Assembly (NCBI GenBank): GCA_009103225.1
Contig: RHPI01002262.1
Location: 1,060,955 to 1,124,954, forward strand
Source of the DNA: Chlorokybus atmophyticus
Taxonomy: Eukaryota > Plantae > Mesostigma and Chlorokybus algae
DNA: 64,000 bases
Reading direction: 5' to 3'
The notes below the pieces were generated by a model, which worked only from the letters and a program-made list of their open reading frames with translations, was not told the origin of the DNA and did no database searches. Positions 1-14,390 of this stretch are shown piece by piece (position 1 is the stretch's first letter; each line of letters starts with the position of its first letter). Position numbers and translations under genes: made by a program.

Positions 1-2255
1 TTGAGGAATCGAACCAGAGTGTCCAAGATCACACGCGCGAGACACATACCCTGACATCATCACCCGCACCAGAGTGTGTTGGCCGGAGAGACTCGCCTAT
101 CAGTCAAAGCACAGCGCCGGTGCCTCTGAGCAACGCTTCAGAGTGTGCTAGCGATGGCGATGCTAGTATTTGCTCTGAGCCGGCAACGGAAGCAGTCTCC
201 ATTGCAACAGTAGTAGATGATGTCGAAGGTAGTAATATTGATGATGCGAGCGTGCGTGGTGGTGATGGCTCGACTGCCGTCGAGTCCCCATCTGGGCGAC
301 GAGGTTGGGGTACGCCATCGACGAACCCGTTCCCGGCTGCGGGCGTCGCCTCCCCAAAGCCGCACGTGCAAACTTTAAATGCTGCTGCTGATGATGATGA
401 TGATGTTAGTCTGGAGCTAGCGTCGGGCAGGCCAAGCAGTGATGAGGCCACAGATTTGTCCGACAGTCAACCGACTGCAGCCGCAGATGAAGCACAACCG
501 GCGTTTGCATCTCCTGATGGTGAGAAGATAGCCGGTTCACTTGTGTTGTTAACGTGTCTTCTGAGTGTGCTGACCAGGTGTGACATGTGGCTTGTGTGCA
601 GGAGTTGATGCGGTGCAGCCCTCCAGTGTTGCTGAAGAGGCTGATGTTAGTGGTGATGAGGATGAAGATGGATTGCCACTTGCGCGCACGGACGTGCCGG
701 CGCGCGTGGCCATCGATGCGTACTTCTCGTCCGAGATACTCGCGCAGTACGCGTTAGTGGATTCGTTAAGCTCACAGCTTGAGCTTAATGACTTGACGCA
801 CATACGTGTGACGTTGTATACGAGCTCTCTGTATCTGTGCAGGTACCGTGGCGTGTCGTCATGCTGCGTGGCCCTTCTCTGCGACCAACTCAGGTTGACC
901 GACCACTGCGCCGCGCTGAGGAGGTACTTCTTCATGCAGGCGGGAGACTTTGCCGACGCCTTTGCTGAGATGCTCTTCACCAGGGTCAGTGTGTGCGCGC
1001 GGCAACACAAGCAGGCATCAGCTGACTGCATCACAACCAACATAAACCAATTGGGTCCCACAGGCGGCGCATCCTGGAGGTTGGATCAACCCGCAGACGG
1101 GAGAGATATCGGCCATGTTGGATCGGGCCATCCGCGCATCGTCGTGCAGCGGAGACGAGTACGCATCCTTCTTACACGTGGTCGTACACGACAAGGACAC
1201 GCCCGCGGTGCCCGTCACCGCAGATAGTAAGCTTCACCACAAACAAAGTGATGGCATTCGAGTTACGATGCAAGACGTATGCCGTGTGATGTTGTTGTTA
1301 TGTCAGGGGTGAACGCATTTGACTTCATCGGTCTAGAGTATCGCGTTGGCTGGCCACTCGACGCCGTCCTCACGCCCGACGTGTTCGATCAGTACCGCAA
1401 GCTCTTCTCCTTCTTACTCTCGACGAAGGTGGCCATCTTTGCTCTGCACGACGCGTGGACTTCTCTGCAAGACCTCGAGCGTCGCGGAAGGTGCGTACGT
1501 GTGTCATCCAGGCAGAGGGGGAGTGAGTTCTTCTTGTTGTGGTGTTGATGGTTGAGAACTTTGGTGGCTTTGTTCCAGGGATCAAATGAGGCCCCCGAGT
1601 TCATCAAGCAGCAGTCGGAGTAGCAAGTGGGCAAGGCGGTTGCGGCGGCTGCACATGTTTCGGCATCAGCTCGCGCACTTCATGAGTATCCTGCAGGGGT
1701 AAGCGGGACCCAGTATGGTTGACAGCGATCCACTTACGCATACGGGGTCGATGTGTGCGCGCGTGCACACTCACACACGTACCCCACCTCTACCCCAACC
1801 TCACACTGCTTGTTGCACTCGGCAGGTATCTGCACACGCAGCTGCTGGACATCCCATGGGCTGCGTTCCGGCGTCGTCTAGCTGAGAGCCGTCTCGGCGG
1901 CGACGCGGACGTGTCCACCCTGCGCGAGGCGCACCGCGTCTACGTGGAGGACGCGACGCGGCGTTGCCTGCTTCACCCTGAAGCAAAGGCCGTGAAGGCG
2001 GTGGTGGACGAGGCTTTGCAGCGGCTGCTCGACTTCCGCGCCCTCTTGCAACAAGTCCCCGACCCGGCCCTCCTCGCACCCGGGGGCAACGATGATCGCA
2101 TGTATGGGCGCTTCCGTCGCGCACATGTGGCTTTTGATGAAGCCACCAAGCTCATGCACGGGCTCCTGCGCGCACTCGCAGCACGGGGACAGCTCGTCGA
2201 TCTCTACACGCGACTCAACTTCAACCACTACTTTGCCGCTGATGGACTCTCGTGA
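1..2255 (+). CDS. GCP6: Gamma-tubulin complex component 6 (Spc97/Spc98 family), 3' exons; 5' end lies outside the window
   Basis: Spliced exons give LCDQLRLTDHCAALRRYFFMQAGDFAD, FIGLEYRVGWPLDAVLTP..YRKLFSFLLSTKVAIFALHDAW and HQLAHFMSILQG|YLHTQLLDIPW..LREAHRVYVEDATRRCLL, matching the GRIP2 region of plant-type GCP6. A long acidic low-complexity insert upstream is typical of GCP6. GT-AG introns of about 80-130 bp; stop TGA at 2253-2255. Confidence 0.85.
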
Positions 2256-3164
2256 CCCAAACCACAATCACGTTGCGGTCCTTTCCATTTCATGTGTTAC
2301 AAGGCAGGATCAATCGCGTGTACAGCTAGTTATCGATCGGTGTCCAGCCGCAGTCCTTACCATAATGCAATTCATTGTGCGCAGCGGCTTCTCCAGACCT
2401 GTCGCGGATGAGGCGATGGTGACACCCCCTTGTTCCCAACACATTGCTTGTTCATGCCCATTACGTACTCGTATGCGCTCTGCGAAAGATGATTTTTGGG
2501 CATATGTTGATCTACGCATGAGGCAACCATATGTGCATGTCAGACACAACTTGAAAATAATTTATAATGAGTTGCCATTTACATGGATAGGCAGATGAGC
2601 ATGTATACAGCATTGACCACATTTGATTGTTACCTAACAACATGATCAAAGTTCACCTCGTCTGTCCAATTTAACATCACATAAAAAATCAAGATGTTGA
2701 TAAACTCACATATGAGGATAATTCATGCAATATTGACATATTGTTACACATCATATTGCTGTAGCGTCAAAGTTGAGCAATGCTTATGTTTTTCGACAAA
2801 CGTCAGAATGTAAACATGTTCACATACATACAATTACTATGCTTCTATCATCGCATTACTACATACATATGTATTGATATTCTTGTGCGTAATAAATATG
2901 TAGCTCATATTCTTATAAACAAATTGCTGTTGCCAACTAATATTGCATGAATATACGCGTTTTGCATTCATACAATTGTAAAAGCATGTTAATAATAGCT
3001 TGATGTTAATGTGTTGCAACTAGTTTGTTATAGATATACACATGCGTTCACATGTTATGCCTTTATCTTGCTTTGTATCTTAAAAATACGTCTTTACACA
3101 TCAACATGTGTTTTGTATAACCAACCAAGAACTTTAGCTCGTGTCATCTCAATATCTGCTTGGT

Positions 3165-5928
3165 CAGTCTACCCTCATTGTAATTTAAACTCTTTTGGGA
3201 CATCTTCGCAATGGTGACAATTGTTTGTGTGATTAAACTACGCGGGGCAATATTGCTTCTTGATAATCACTATCACACTTTCTGTAAGGACAATTGGTGC
3301 CGGTAGCAAATGTCATCATAATGTCATCATGAGGTTGATTATTATACCTTAATCCATTGATCTATTGAAGTTTTATACAATACCTCATTTGTAACGATAC
3401 TATTTACTTGTTGGTCGGGGCTTGGCAAATCTATGCACAAGCACCAAGAACTTACAGTGGTAGTCTCACTAGCACCATGGTGCAGGGGAAGTTGCAGCAG
3501 CGCACGAAGGAAGGAGAGGATGACCACCAACCTCTCCACACAACTTCAGCCCCAGGCACATCCACGCCCAAGACACCCACATGCACACACACGACACCAC
3601 ACAACACAAGGGATGAGGGGGAGAGCCCTTTCAACAACTACAACCAGGCACCCCACACACAAGTGGCCCTCAGGTGGTGAACACACTTCGATGTCTTGAT
3701 CAATACTAACCCGATCCCTTACTCAAGGCTGCAACTGAGCATATATACCACATGCTGCTCTCCCAAGCACACAGGATGTCCAAGGCCGCCTAGGCCTTGT
3801 CACCATGCGCTGACCTTGTCCTAACATCGGAAGCTACAAACTCCACCTCGGGAGGATTAAACCACCTCGGATTCTTATAGGACAATCCTACCTCGGAATC
3901 ACAAGTTTAGGCTCCCATAGTATCATGGGAGCGTGAACTTGTGTACTAGTACACATGTCCTTGCGGATTGCCCACGTGCACCACTTGCCTTGCGACTGTC
4001 ACACCTGTGGCAAATCGCACTGCCACAGTCCACAACAAGTGGTTTGCCAAGTGATCTTGGCTCACATACTTGTAACTGCCCCTGCACGTGGCAACTTGCA
4101 CTACTACTCGCAATAACAAGAGCTTACATGCCATAAGCATTGACCAGCTCTGTGCTAGCCCTCATCAATGCCTTGTGTAGTTTAACATCTTTCAAGGCAA
4201 CATAGGCTCAAGAGCGGACCGCATGAGAGCACACATATTAAGCACTTACACACGCTAATGAAATGGAAAATCCCACTCAGTCCCTTCTTCCAACATAAGT
4301 AAGGGTCAGAGAATTACCTTTGTCACCCTCATAATCGTGACATCATTATAATAACCAGTTATTACTATAATGATAAGTAACAATGCGATGTAGTGATCAA
4401 TTGTTAATGTACCAAAATGTCCAACTCTTGGCCGATGCATTACATGCAAGCGATACATAACTGCTTTGCTGCTACGATTTATAGAAATCCGTGAGATTGC
4501 CCTCACTCATGGCAGTGACTTTTGCTGCCATAGCCTCATGGTTGGAGCCCCCTTTTTGCACTGGTATCGGATGCTTGAGGTCGTGGGTTTGAATCTTGTT
4601 GGGGGATAGAGCACACGACAGCTTTTTAAAGTGATCAGGGGAATTTAACGCAAATGGGGGACGTCGATAAATCGATTTGCCGCGGGCGTGGGTTCGGACC
4701 TGCGTGCTGAGCTAATTTGACCTCAGCCGCGTAAGCGGTCGTATCCTATGGCAGGTCGCGTCGTAAGACGGTGAGGGTGGCCGGTGCTAGGTCGGTAGAG
4801 TACTGATTGTGGGCTCATACATGCCAATAGGCCGCGGGCGGGTCAGTTGTGGGCGGCCGTATTATGGAGACGCAGGTTGAACCCCCAAAAAGGGAACCTG
4901 GCGGGTCAAGTTGGGGAGGAATGTCACGGATTCGTATACATCGTAGCAGGCCTCGCTTATGGCAACAGCTGTTGCTGCCATATCCAAGTGGTCGGAACCC
5001 CTTTTGTTACATTTGCATATGATTACTTTTGCCAAAGTAGGCATGGGTATAACTTGTGACACTTGACCCTCAGGTTCTACTGCCTGCTCTTGCTGCTGTC
5101 AACTTGCCCGCTATCATCCCCCACCTCCTTGCATGCACTTGGGCAGCGCATGTAGTTTCCGCCCTTACCCGTTGGCAATTGAGAGTGTCTATGTGTTGGA
5201 TTGCTGGCTGTGCGTGTTGAGCTTGCTTGTGAGTGTGCTTGCTGCTTAAAACCTACTGGAAAGCCCATACAATAAAGCAATTGTCTGGTGCAACCCATGT
5301 CATAATGACACAACCTCGCTAGGTAGCATCGCGCTGTAGTGATCAACGGTCACTGTATCGAAGGAGCGACAATTCCTTGAAGACGCAAAATGGGAAGAAG
5401 CTTATGCCGGTAGTCTATGATTGAAGCACACGGACGATCGTGACGAAGCATGGCGACGTAGGTAGGCCGCGAAACGTGGTAAAGCTTGTGTGAACGCATG
5501 CGTAGCTGACCGCAGCGCTAATGACTGCAAATTCAGTGCCGTCAGTCGGCGCTGTTGGTATTGTGACCGACATTGTGACGATAGTAATTTGGAAGCGGCC
5601 GTTATGAAATACAATGGACATCGTACAATTTGCGTCCGTCACGCAATAATAGCCGGTGACAGCGTGGAACAGACCGAACAACGCGCTCAACCAACACTAT
5701 TCCACAGCGCTATATCGCCGTAGGAACCATCATGTCTTATAACCACATCAACGTCAACAACCACAATATGGCTACACATTTCCTCATTCGTCCATCGGCG
5801 GACCACCGATCTTATCGCTGACCGGGCCGGCATAAGCTTTGGCAGGGGGAAGGCCCATTGGCGTCTTGACTGCTTGTGGTTATAATATGCGTCGACACAT
5901 TTGTGGTCACTATAACGAGGGTAGACTG
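3165..5928. mobile_element. Possible degenerate pogo/Tigger-family element
   Basis: CAGTCTACCCTC at 3165 and its reverse complement GAGGGTAGACTG followed by TA ending at 5928. Same TIR start as the pogo at 39607 and similar length (about 2.8 kb). The left TA is absent and I see no transposase remnant. Confidence 0.35.
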
Positions 5929-6882
5929 TATGAAGAGTACGTAACGGTTGACGTCACATCAATGTGAGCCTGCGGTATTTCATAAAGCAACCCCTGCCAT
6001 GCATTACTGCCCTTCGCACAGGTCAATGGACTGCCACGGCTTCTTGGTGGGCCTCACACGAGGCCTCTAAGTGGCTTATAGCCGAGGCGGGGATCTCGTT
6101 GATCACAGCACGTGGTCTCTTACAAGCAGCCTAGCATAAGACTGGCTATGTTCTCACAGCAATGACAACCTGCGAGCCGCGCAGCTTGTGTCCACGTAGT
6201 GGCATCAGAAACCATCGGTGCCCGGTCACAGTATGAAGATCGCGTACCCGCGGCTCCTTGGAACACGATTGACAGCATTACCGCACGTGACCACGCCGTA
6301 AAGGGGAAAAAGGTTTTGCAAACTGCAAGCACTCGTTAGACACGTGCCCCAATCCGCTGATTCATCATTCGTCCCCGCCGCGCACAAGACCGCCAGTCCG
6401 GCGCGCACAAGGGACAGCAAGTTGGCCACGCGTGATCTAAGCGACGGTGCATGGCGCACGGCACTTGGCGCTACTTTCTTGCACAGTGCTCGTTTGCAAG
6501 CACTGCTAGGGCTTATAATGGTATGTCTTGCGCGCCAGGCTGGTTCAACATAGTGCGTGGCACTGCGTGCGGTCAAACCACTCGAAAAGCGAGCTTTCGT
6601 GAGGTCATGAAATCATGCCAATGCTCATTAGGCACTAACCAGGTACCAAGGTCCTCTTGATCTAGCGATGGTGTCCTCAGGGTACCGTACGCTGGACCTT
6701 TTGGACGTATGCAGCGCGTGCATGCTTACAGCCCGGGTGGATGCGCGACGCGTGAGGCCGTGCCTTCACTCTAGGTCGCTTGCTCAATGGTGTTATAATA
6801 CTTGACGCCAGGCAAGCAAAAACCGACGTTGCAAGTGGCAAAGTGTGCGTATGCAGTAGCAGTCGCGTTAACAGCAGCAAGC

Positions 6883-9800
6883 ATGAAGGTTGGACGGCGG
6901 CAACGGCGGTGGCAGGGCGAGGCTGAGGCCTGTCCCATGGCGGCGCTGTGGCTGTGGGTGTTGCTTGTCGTGTCGCAGTCATGCTGGACCACGGCACTGG
7001 CGCAGACGGCGCCGCCGCCACCAGCATGCCAGCCCGTGCTGAGCCCGCCGCCCGGGTGCCCCTCGGCGCAGGTCGCCCTGCCCTTCCGCCTGGAGTGGGT
7101 AGCCGACGAGGGCGGCGCGGTGCGGGACCAGGCCGGCGTCGGCACGGGCTTCACCATCGTAGACCCGGAGACCAACACCACCCCGACTGGCTTGGCAGGC
7201 GCTTACGTGCCAGCCAACCTCCGAATTGCCACGGACCTTGGCAGCCTCAACATCCTATCTAATGCCGGCCAGGCCTACCTCGCCGAAAATGCTCAGATTA
7301 ACCGCCTTGGCGTGGAGGTTGACCCCAGCCAGAAGATCGTCATCACAACAACCCGTGAGTCCATGCTCACATGCTCATGCATTCTCTCAGTCGCATCAAC
7401 TTCTTTGACGCATGGCGCAAGTCTGGTGATCACTTTTCCTGCTTGTGTACATGTGTTTGTGCATGTAACACTCGTGTTCATGCATGCAATTGCAGTGGTG
7501 GATCCGCCGACGGGGTCGTCGTATGAGCAGGGCGGTCTGTGGTTCGGGTTGGGTCAGGACGACTACGTGAAGCTGACTGTGCTTGATGCCCCCTACCCGC
7601 CGTACGGACCCTCCGTTGAGGTGTTGATCGAAGCAGCAGGCCAGCGCATCAACTCCACCATGGGTGAGTTAGAGTCATTGTGTGTCATGTTATGTACTCA
7701 TGCTCGCATGTCTTACACTGTCTGTGTTTTAGCGAGGCCCGGAAAGGCGCCGGTGAGCTTCTCGGGCCAGCAGGTGACGCTTGTGCTTGAGGTGGACCCG
7801 GTGAATGCTACGATCACGAGCAAGTACGCAGTAAATGCGGGGCCCCTGTTGATTGTGGCCGACAAGATGCCTCTCCCCCTCTCCATCCTGCGCACGCCCC
7901 GTCTCGCAGGCATCTTCGCCTCTTCTACAAGAGGCACGGACGCTAACTGGGCCTTTGCATCGTTCTCCATCACAGGAACACCCGTGCCAGCAACCTCTGC
8001 ACCCGTGAGTGTTTGTTTTATTGTCTGTTGGGGTTGTTAGTAAAATTGCTAGCCTTGTTGGGGGTGATGTTGATGGTGGTCATCACGCCTTGGCAAGATC
8101 GTCATTGCATCTCATCTTGAGAAGACAGGCAGTCAGATGTTGCAAGCAAAAACCGGGTCGTTGCAGCTTAGCTGTCTCTGTCAAACTGCTGCGAGTGCTG
8201 TCTTGGTGCTGAGACCACCAATCACATAAGATGTCTCGTGGCTTGGAACAGCTTCCTCCTGAGTGATGTGTCATGCATGCGCGGGACAGTCTGTCAGCAA
8301 GATTGTGGCGTTATGCATGAAGTCTCCATTCGTTTCGTCCAAGCAGCACGGTGATGTGAGTTTGTTGTTGAGTTTGCTGATTACCTGGTAGTTGCCCTGG
8401 TGGGTGGCACCCATACCATGGCAGCTGGCACGCTTGCATGCAGCAGAAAGATAGATGCTCCCAAAGTCTGCTGCGCTGTCTGTATATTGCCGTACTGGTG
8501 GCTCACGCATGTTGCGGCTGAGGGTGTAACCAATTCAGTGTGTGTGCATGGGTGTGTGCATGCGCATGCCTTCACGTCTGTAGCCACAAGTCTTGGCTGG
8601 TGGCCTTTCTGCCTGTACCCCTCCTCTGCTGGTTACCAACTGTGCTTACCACACTGGCTGTTGTGTGCAGCCCCCGCCTCCAGCATGTCCACCCGTTATC
8701 AACCCCGCACCTGGTTGCCCCGCTGTGGTCGTCTCGGTTCCCTTCACACCAAGCTGGTGCGCCGACGCTGGTGGCTCCGTCCGTGATGCGAGCAATGTTG
8801 GGACGGGTTTCACCTTGGTTCAGAGCGGTGCCAACTCGGCATACCTCCCCGGCAACCTGCGCGTGGCTTTCACACCTGCGTGCACGCTGAGCTACACCAC
8901 TACTTCCGGCGGCCTTGGGTACCAGGACAGCCAAGACAACCTCATCGTGGTGGGTGTGTCACAACCCGCCAGCGGCATGGTCGTGCAAACAACCATCTCT
9001 AATCCACCCTCGGGCGCGGGCAATGGTAGCTACGAGCAGGCCGGGTTGTTCATTGGCATCAACCAGAAGATCTACATTGCATTGAAGGTTGTGTCGGGTT
9101 TGGGCGTGACGCTCGCCACGCAGTCGTACTCAGCCAATAGTGCCGTCACATACAAGGCGTACGACCTCAGCACGCACCAGGTGACGATCAGGCTCACATA
9201 CCAGCCCGGACCGAGCACTGTGGTGGCGGACTTCTGGAGGGACGCCGCCGCACCCATCCGCGTGGGAAGCTTCCCCATCCCCACGAGCATAACATCGGGG
9301 TCACGCATCTATGTTGGCCTCCTGGGCTCAACCAACAAAGGACCCGCACCTGTCACGTTTACCTTCAAGTCCTTCAGTATATCCCTTCCGGTGAGTTATA
9401 CCCCAGCATCTAATACCTTGGTCGCCGTGAGCGGGTGCGCGCATGGGCACGTGCATTCATATACCTGTGCTCGAGTCTTTGCGTGTGTTGTATTTGTTGC
9501 GTCTCTCATACTGTTCTGTGCAGGCGATCCCGAGTCCGCCTCCGCCGCCGATAACTCCCCCTCCCCCTCCTCCTCCTCCCCCTTCCCCTCCACCGCTGCC
9601 GCCCACGCCTCCTCCTCCTCCTCCGTCCCCCCCGCCACCAGTGGGTTCATGCCCACCGGTGAAGACGCCCACATCCAACTGCCCTCCCGTGGTTGTGGTC
9701 CTGCCCTACTATATTGAGTACGGCCAGGCTCAGGGCGGTCAGGTGGTCGACGCGGGCGGCCTCGGCACGGGCTTCACCTTTGTGGAGCAGCAGGACTTCT

Positions 9801-12013
9801 CTGTGGGGTACGTGCCCTCGCAGCTGCGCATCTCGAGGCAATACAACTACTTCCGCTACACCGCTACGGTGGGCTCAAGCGACCAGTATACGAACAACCA
9901 GAACAACAAGCTCGGGATTGGCATCCGGCCCCCGAGCGACACCATTGTGCTGCAGACCACGGTGGCAAAGCCTCCAGCCACGCCTGTGGGAGCGTGCTAC
10001 GGCCTCTGGTTCGGGTCCGATCAGGACAACTATGTCACGCTGATGGTGTGCAACAAGGCCACGGTTCAGGTTGTGAGGATGATCAATGAGGACAGCGGGG
10101 CCATAGCGTACTCGACGGCCACCAACGTGGCGGACCTTTCCACGACGAACCTCTACCTGGAGCTCCGGTGCAATCCGCAGACGCAGGAGGTGACGGGCTT
10201 CTTCACGCGCGCCGGCACGCGCACACAGGTGGGAACAGTCATCACGCAGTCCGCGCTGTGGTCGTTCGACGCCGCCACCATCGACCCTGCGGCCGGCACC
10301 AACACCTTCGCTGGCATTGGTGGCTTCACCGCTAAGGCTGCAGACACTGTCACATACACAGTGTACCGCTTCTCCGCAGAGTTCCTGCCATCGCCGCCTC
10401 CCCTTCAGAACCAAGTACGCCTCTCTCGCTGTGTGCGCGTGCACATGCATTCTTGTCACCATTTTGCCAAGCAGTGAGCTTCATTGACCCGTGTCCATGT
10501 TGTGTTATGCGCAGTACCCTTTCATCCGGCACGATTACAGCTTGGACTGGTCACCGACAGGCATGGCGTGGGGGCCAGGTAGGTGTTGATGGTTATGTCA
10601 AAGTGTCTCAGCCATACTGTTCACTTGCAAAGCCTTGACTGGTGTGCATGTGTGTGTCTCGCAGACAACAGGCTTTACGTTGTTGACTACGCGGGCGTGA
10701 TCCGCACAATTACGTTTGACAGCAACTGGGGAATCACGTCCACGGTGTTGAGCAACACGCTGAAGGGCCTGTTGACTCTCGGTATTGTGATCGACCCTTC
10801 GTCTACGGCCTCGAATGTGTCGCTGATCATCTCCCTTTCCAAAGGCACGGGCGGGAAGCGCGACCTGGGCATTGGCAACTCGGGTGTGATCACGCGCATG
10901 TGCTGCGGCCCCACTTTCACTCAAAGAGCGGACATCATCGTGGGTCTCCCACGCTCAAGCGCCGACCATGCCACCAACAGCCTGGTGTGGGGCCCCGACG
11001 GATTGTTGTATTGGTCTCAGGGGTCCAATACGGGCGCGGGCGCGGGCAATGACTATCCCAACAACTTTGGTGTGCGGCCCGAGCAGATTATGACGGCGGG
11101 TATCTACCGAGCCAACATACTGGACCCCGCATGGAACTTGGCGACGCATGGGAACTGCACCACCGCGTACGACGAGCAGACGGGCTTATCCGGCAAGTCT
11201 ATCCCGCCTACGTGCGCTGCCACGCAGTTTGCCGACGGCATACGCAATACGTATCAAGTAATGTGGCACTCCAATGGACACCTGTACTGCGGGGTCAATG
11301 GCTTGGGACTCCCCGCCACGGTTCCGTATAGGCCCTACCCAGACTGCGAGGGCACGCTCACATATCAGTTCCCGCTCGATCCACGTGACCCCGGCTCGCA
11401 ACCGGACTTGTTCCTCATGGTTGAGGAAGGCTTGCATTATGGCCACCCGTCACCCGTCAAGGGTCAGTGTGTCTTCTTCGACGGCAAGTTCCAGAACGTC
11501 ACGATAACAGTAAGTCCATACGCTTATTGTGGGTGGCATGCACGTGCGAGATGACACGAGGTGCGCCTGTTCTTGATTGTGTGGCCTTGTTGTGTGGATG
11601 CAGGACCCCAACTATAGGCCACCTCTGGTCAACATGGGAGATCACAAGTCTCCCAATGGCATTATCGAGTACAAAGCCAACCGCTTCTGCGGCACGCTCA
11701 AGGTGAGTGCTTCGTTCGGTGAAACAACACTGACCCCCTTCACGCCTACGTTCACACATCTGACCCGACATCCTTGTAGGGGGACATACTCATCACGGAG
11801 TACTCGCTGCCGGACGATGTGTTGAGGGTGCGGATGTCCCAAGATGGGAGGGCGGTGGTATCAATGACGCCACTGGTGAACGGGTTCCTGGACCCGCTGC
11901 CCATCCTCGAGACACCCGATGGCACGCTCATTGTGGGCAGCTTTAATCAGCAGTCCCCCAAGCTCGGCAACCTCACCGTCCTCGTCCCCGACGACGCCAA
12001 CCTCAAGTGCTGA
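6883..12013 (+). CDS. Secreted multidomain protein: signal peptide, 3 repeated lectin/ConA-like beta-sandwich domains with Pro-rich linkers, C-terminal glucose/sorbosone dehydrogenase-like beta-propeller
   Basis: Exons approximately 6883-7354, 7496-7663, 7733-8004, 8671-9390, 9524-10414, 10515-10578, 10665-11509, 11604-11702, 11780-12013, with GT-AG junctions (phase checked at several). Hydrophobic leader ALWLWVLLVVSQSC. The motif C.PV..P...CP...GTGFT.V..Y.P..LR occurs three times. Propeller motifs GLPRSSADHATNSLVWGPDGLLYWSQGSN, GIRNTY, YGHP. Start could be ATG 6883 or 6937. Confidence 0.8.
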
Positions 12014-14023
12014 GGGCGCGCTCGATGATGATGATGATGACGATTTGGATGGGTGCGTGCATGCGTGTGGGTGTAGTACACACTCGCAATCAATCGTCTC
12101 TCTCTCTCTGAGGCTGGTGCGCGGGTGTTGCCGTGCGATTCTTTGATGGATTGTGCGCAGATTATTTAATGTAGTTTGTATTATTGATTAGTTGTCTCCC
12201 CCCCTCACCCTACCCTGACGCACATTGACATCCACTTGAGCGGGCCGGCTCTCGCGTGCGTAAAAAGCTGTTGCTAGACGGCCAATTGTGTTTGCTGTGT
12301 ATGCTTGAGCGGCAGATGCAGAGCATTAGCAGTTGAGGGGGAGCTTAGTTGAAGGATTTCTTTAGCTTGTGACAGTTGGATTTGTCTGGTATGGTGGACT
12401 CCATATTAGAATAGTATACATCATTGGTGGTAGCTTGTTGTGCGGTTTGGCAATGTAGATATGTCGCTTGGTGATTATGGTGTGCAGTCTTATTACATTT
12501 TGTGACTTGTGCCAATCATCACGAACTTCTTTTGTACCTTGCATGTAAGCACGTGTACATGTGCATGCTACGCTCATGAGCAATGCACATGTGCATGCTA
12601 GACGCGCACGCATGCACAAGCTCAAGCACTTGCTTTTGCATACCTTAAATTCTGAAATTCGTGCATGCCTTAGGCGACATATTCGGTTTTACCAAACCTC
12701 CCACACCAGCACTGGCCATTTAAAGAAGAGTGTAGAGTGTGGTGGGGTGTGGAAAAAACAGCTATACCGTGGTTGGAATTATCCCAGTGTGTCGAGTGTG
12801 AGAGGGAAGTCTACTGTTTGCAATATTTTCGTCGACTTCTTACCAAAGTGGTTGTGCGCTTTGAGACTCGCAAGGAGTATACCTTGTTGTCATGAATGAA
12901 GGTATTTTGGTAATGCTCAAGAGCAGCTTTGCGTAGCTTCATGCTCGTGTTAATGATTTGTCTGCAATGCAGAAAATGCGTATCATACTCTGTTTTATCA
13001 TGACTCAATGCATGCATATGGCATCGATGTGTAGCCTGTTATTGCATAAGCAAGGGGTATGTATCTGGGGAGACCACCGTGTATGCATGCAGGCCCTCAA
13101 GCGCTTGCGGACGGATCCTGCGAATGCAGCAAACTGAACTAACGCCCAAGGCGGCATATTCAACTTGTTGCTGCGCGACGGCAGTGACACTATTGGCAAC
13201 AGCCTGAGGGATTGCCATCTATATGCCTCGTGCAGCGAACCTCATAAAAGATTCAGACATTCGCTAATAAACCTGCATGCTTGCTAAACAAGCGCGTACT
13301 GTGGTGCCATCAATGCATTGTACATGGCCATTGTATATCAAGGGCCCGGACTGTTTAGCTCTCGCCCTTCTTGTGTTGACACTGAAACAAGCATGCGTTT
13401 GACATTTTGCATGTGCAATGCTTGCGACAGCAATGCTGCGCACACTGCAATGCACAATTGCTTCCAATCCATGACTTTGTTGCGAAATGTCAATCACCAA
13501 GCAACGAGTAACCTCAAAGTATTAACTGGATAGTGATGCATGCATTTCACCGCAAGTCTTCAACCGGAGTGAACAAAGCGAGTGTTATTATTCTGGCACT
13601 ACTGCCATTGCTGCCTTTTCGCCAAGACTGACTTTGAGCCATAACGGGCTCAGCGTCGCGTAAAGCTGCTAGGTGAGGAGCGGTCGGCGCTTGTAGCTTT
13701 GGCAATCGTTATTAGGAGTTATTATTGCTATATGCTCGAGCACTGCGAAGCAGCAGCGACCAGTGACCATTTCGTAGACTGACGCAAACTGTAAACGGAC
13801 GGATGCGATGTGATGGAATGAAATGAACGGTAAGCAGCTGCAATAGCTTAGCGGCAGCACTGATAGTGTCGTTAGCGGAAGCCATGTTTAAAGCTGTTGG
13901 ACTGCAGAATGAGGACAACAGTGCTACAACCATCATGCAGGGAGCTGCTGAAGTGAGTAGCACACCCGCTTATTTATGGTTGGCACACATGCTTTGCTTT
14001 GTTGCTTCCACACAAGTTCTCAC

Positions 14024-14390
14024 TTCAGCTGATCAGTTGCCCCATCTGCAAGCTTGTGTGCCGCGCTTTCCTTTCAGTTGATCAACATGCATACCTTTCA
14101 GCTGCAGGCTTACATGGCAACACTTGTGCAATGTTTGCCAAACAGCCCGTTGCATACCTACACCGATCAGTAGCCCCAGCTGGGGAGCTTGTGTACCGTG
14201 CTTTTGTTTCAGCTGATCATTTGCCCCAGCTGCAAGTTTGTATACCATGCTTTCCTTTCAGCTGATCAGCATGAATACCTTTCAGCTAAAGGCTTACATG
14301 GCAGCACTTGTGCACTGTTTGCCAAACAGCTCAGTGCATACGTAAAAACTGATCAGTTGCCCCAGTTGGGAGCTTGTGTGCTATGCTTGA
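14024..14390. repeat. Diverged tandem duplication, 184-bp unit x2, with internal CAGCTGATCAG sub-repeats
   Basis: TTCAGCTGATCA..GCCCCA starts at 14024 and 14208 and the units are colinear. Confidence 0.8.

Noticed and set aside
4570-4615. tRNA T-arm/B-box-like GAGGTCGTGGGTTTGAATC
   Set aside because: No cloverleaf or acceptor stem could be built.
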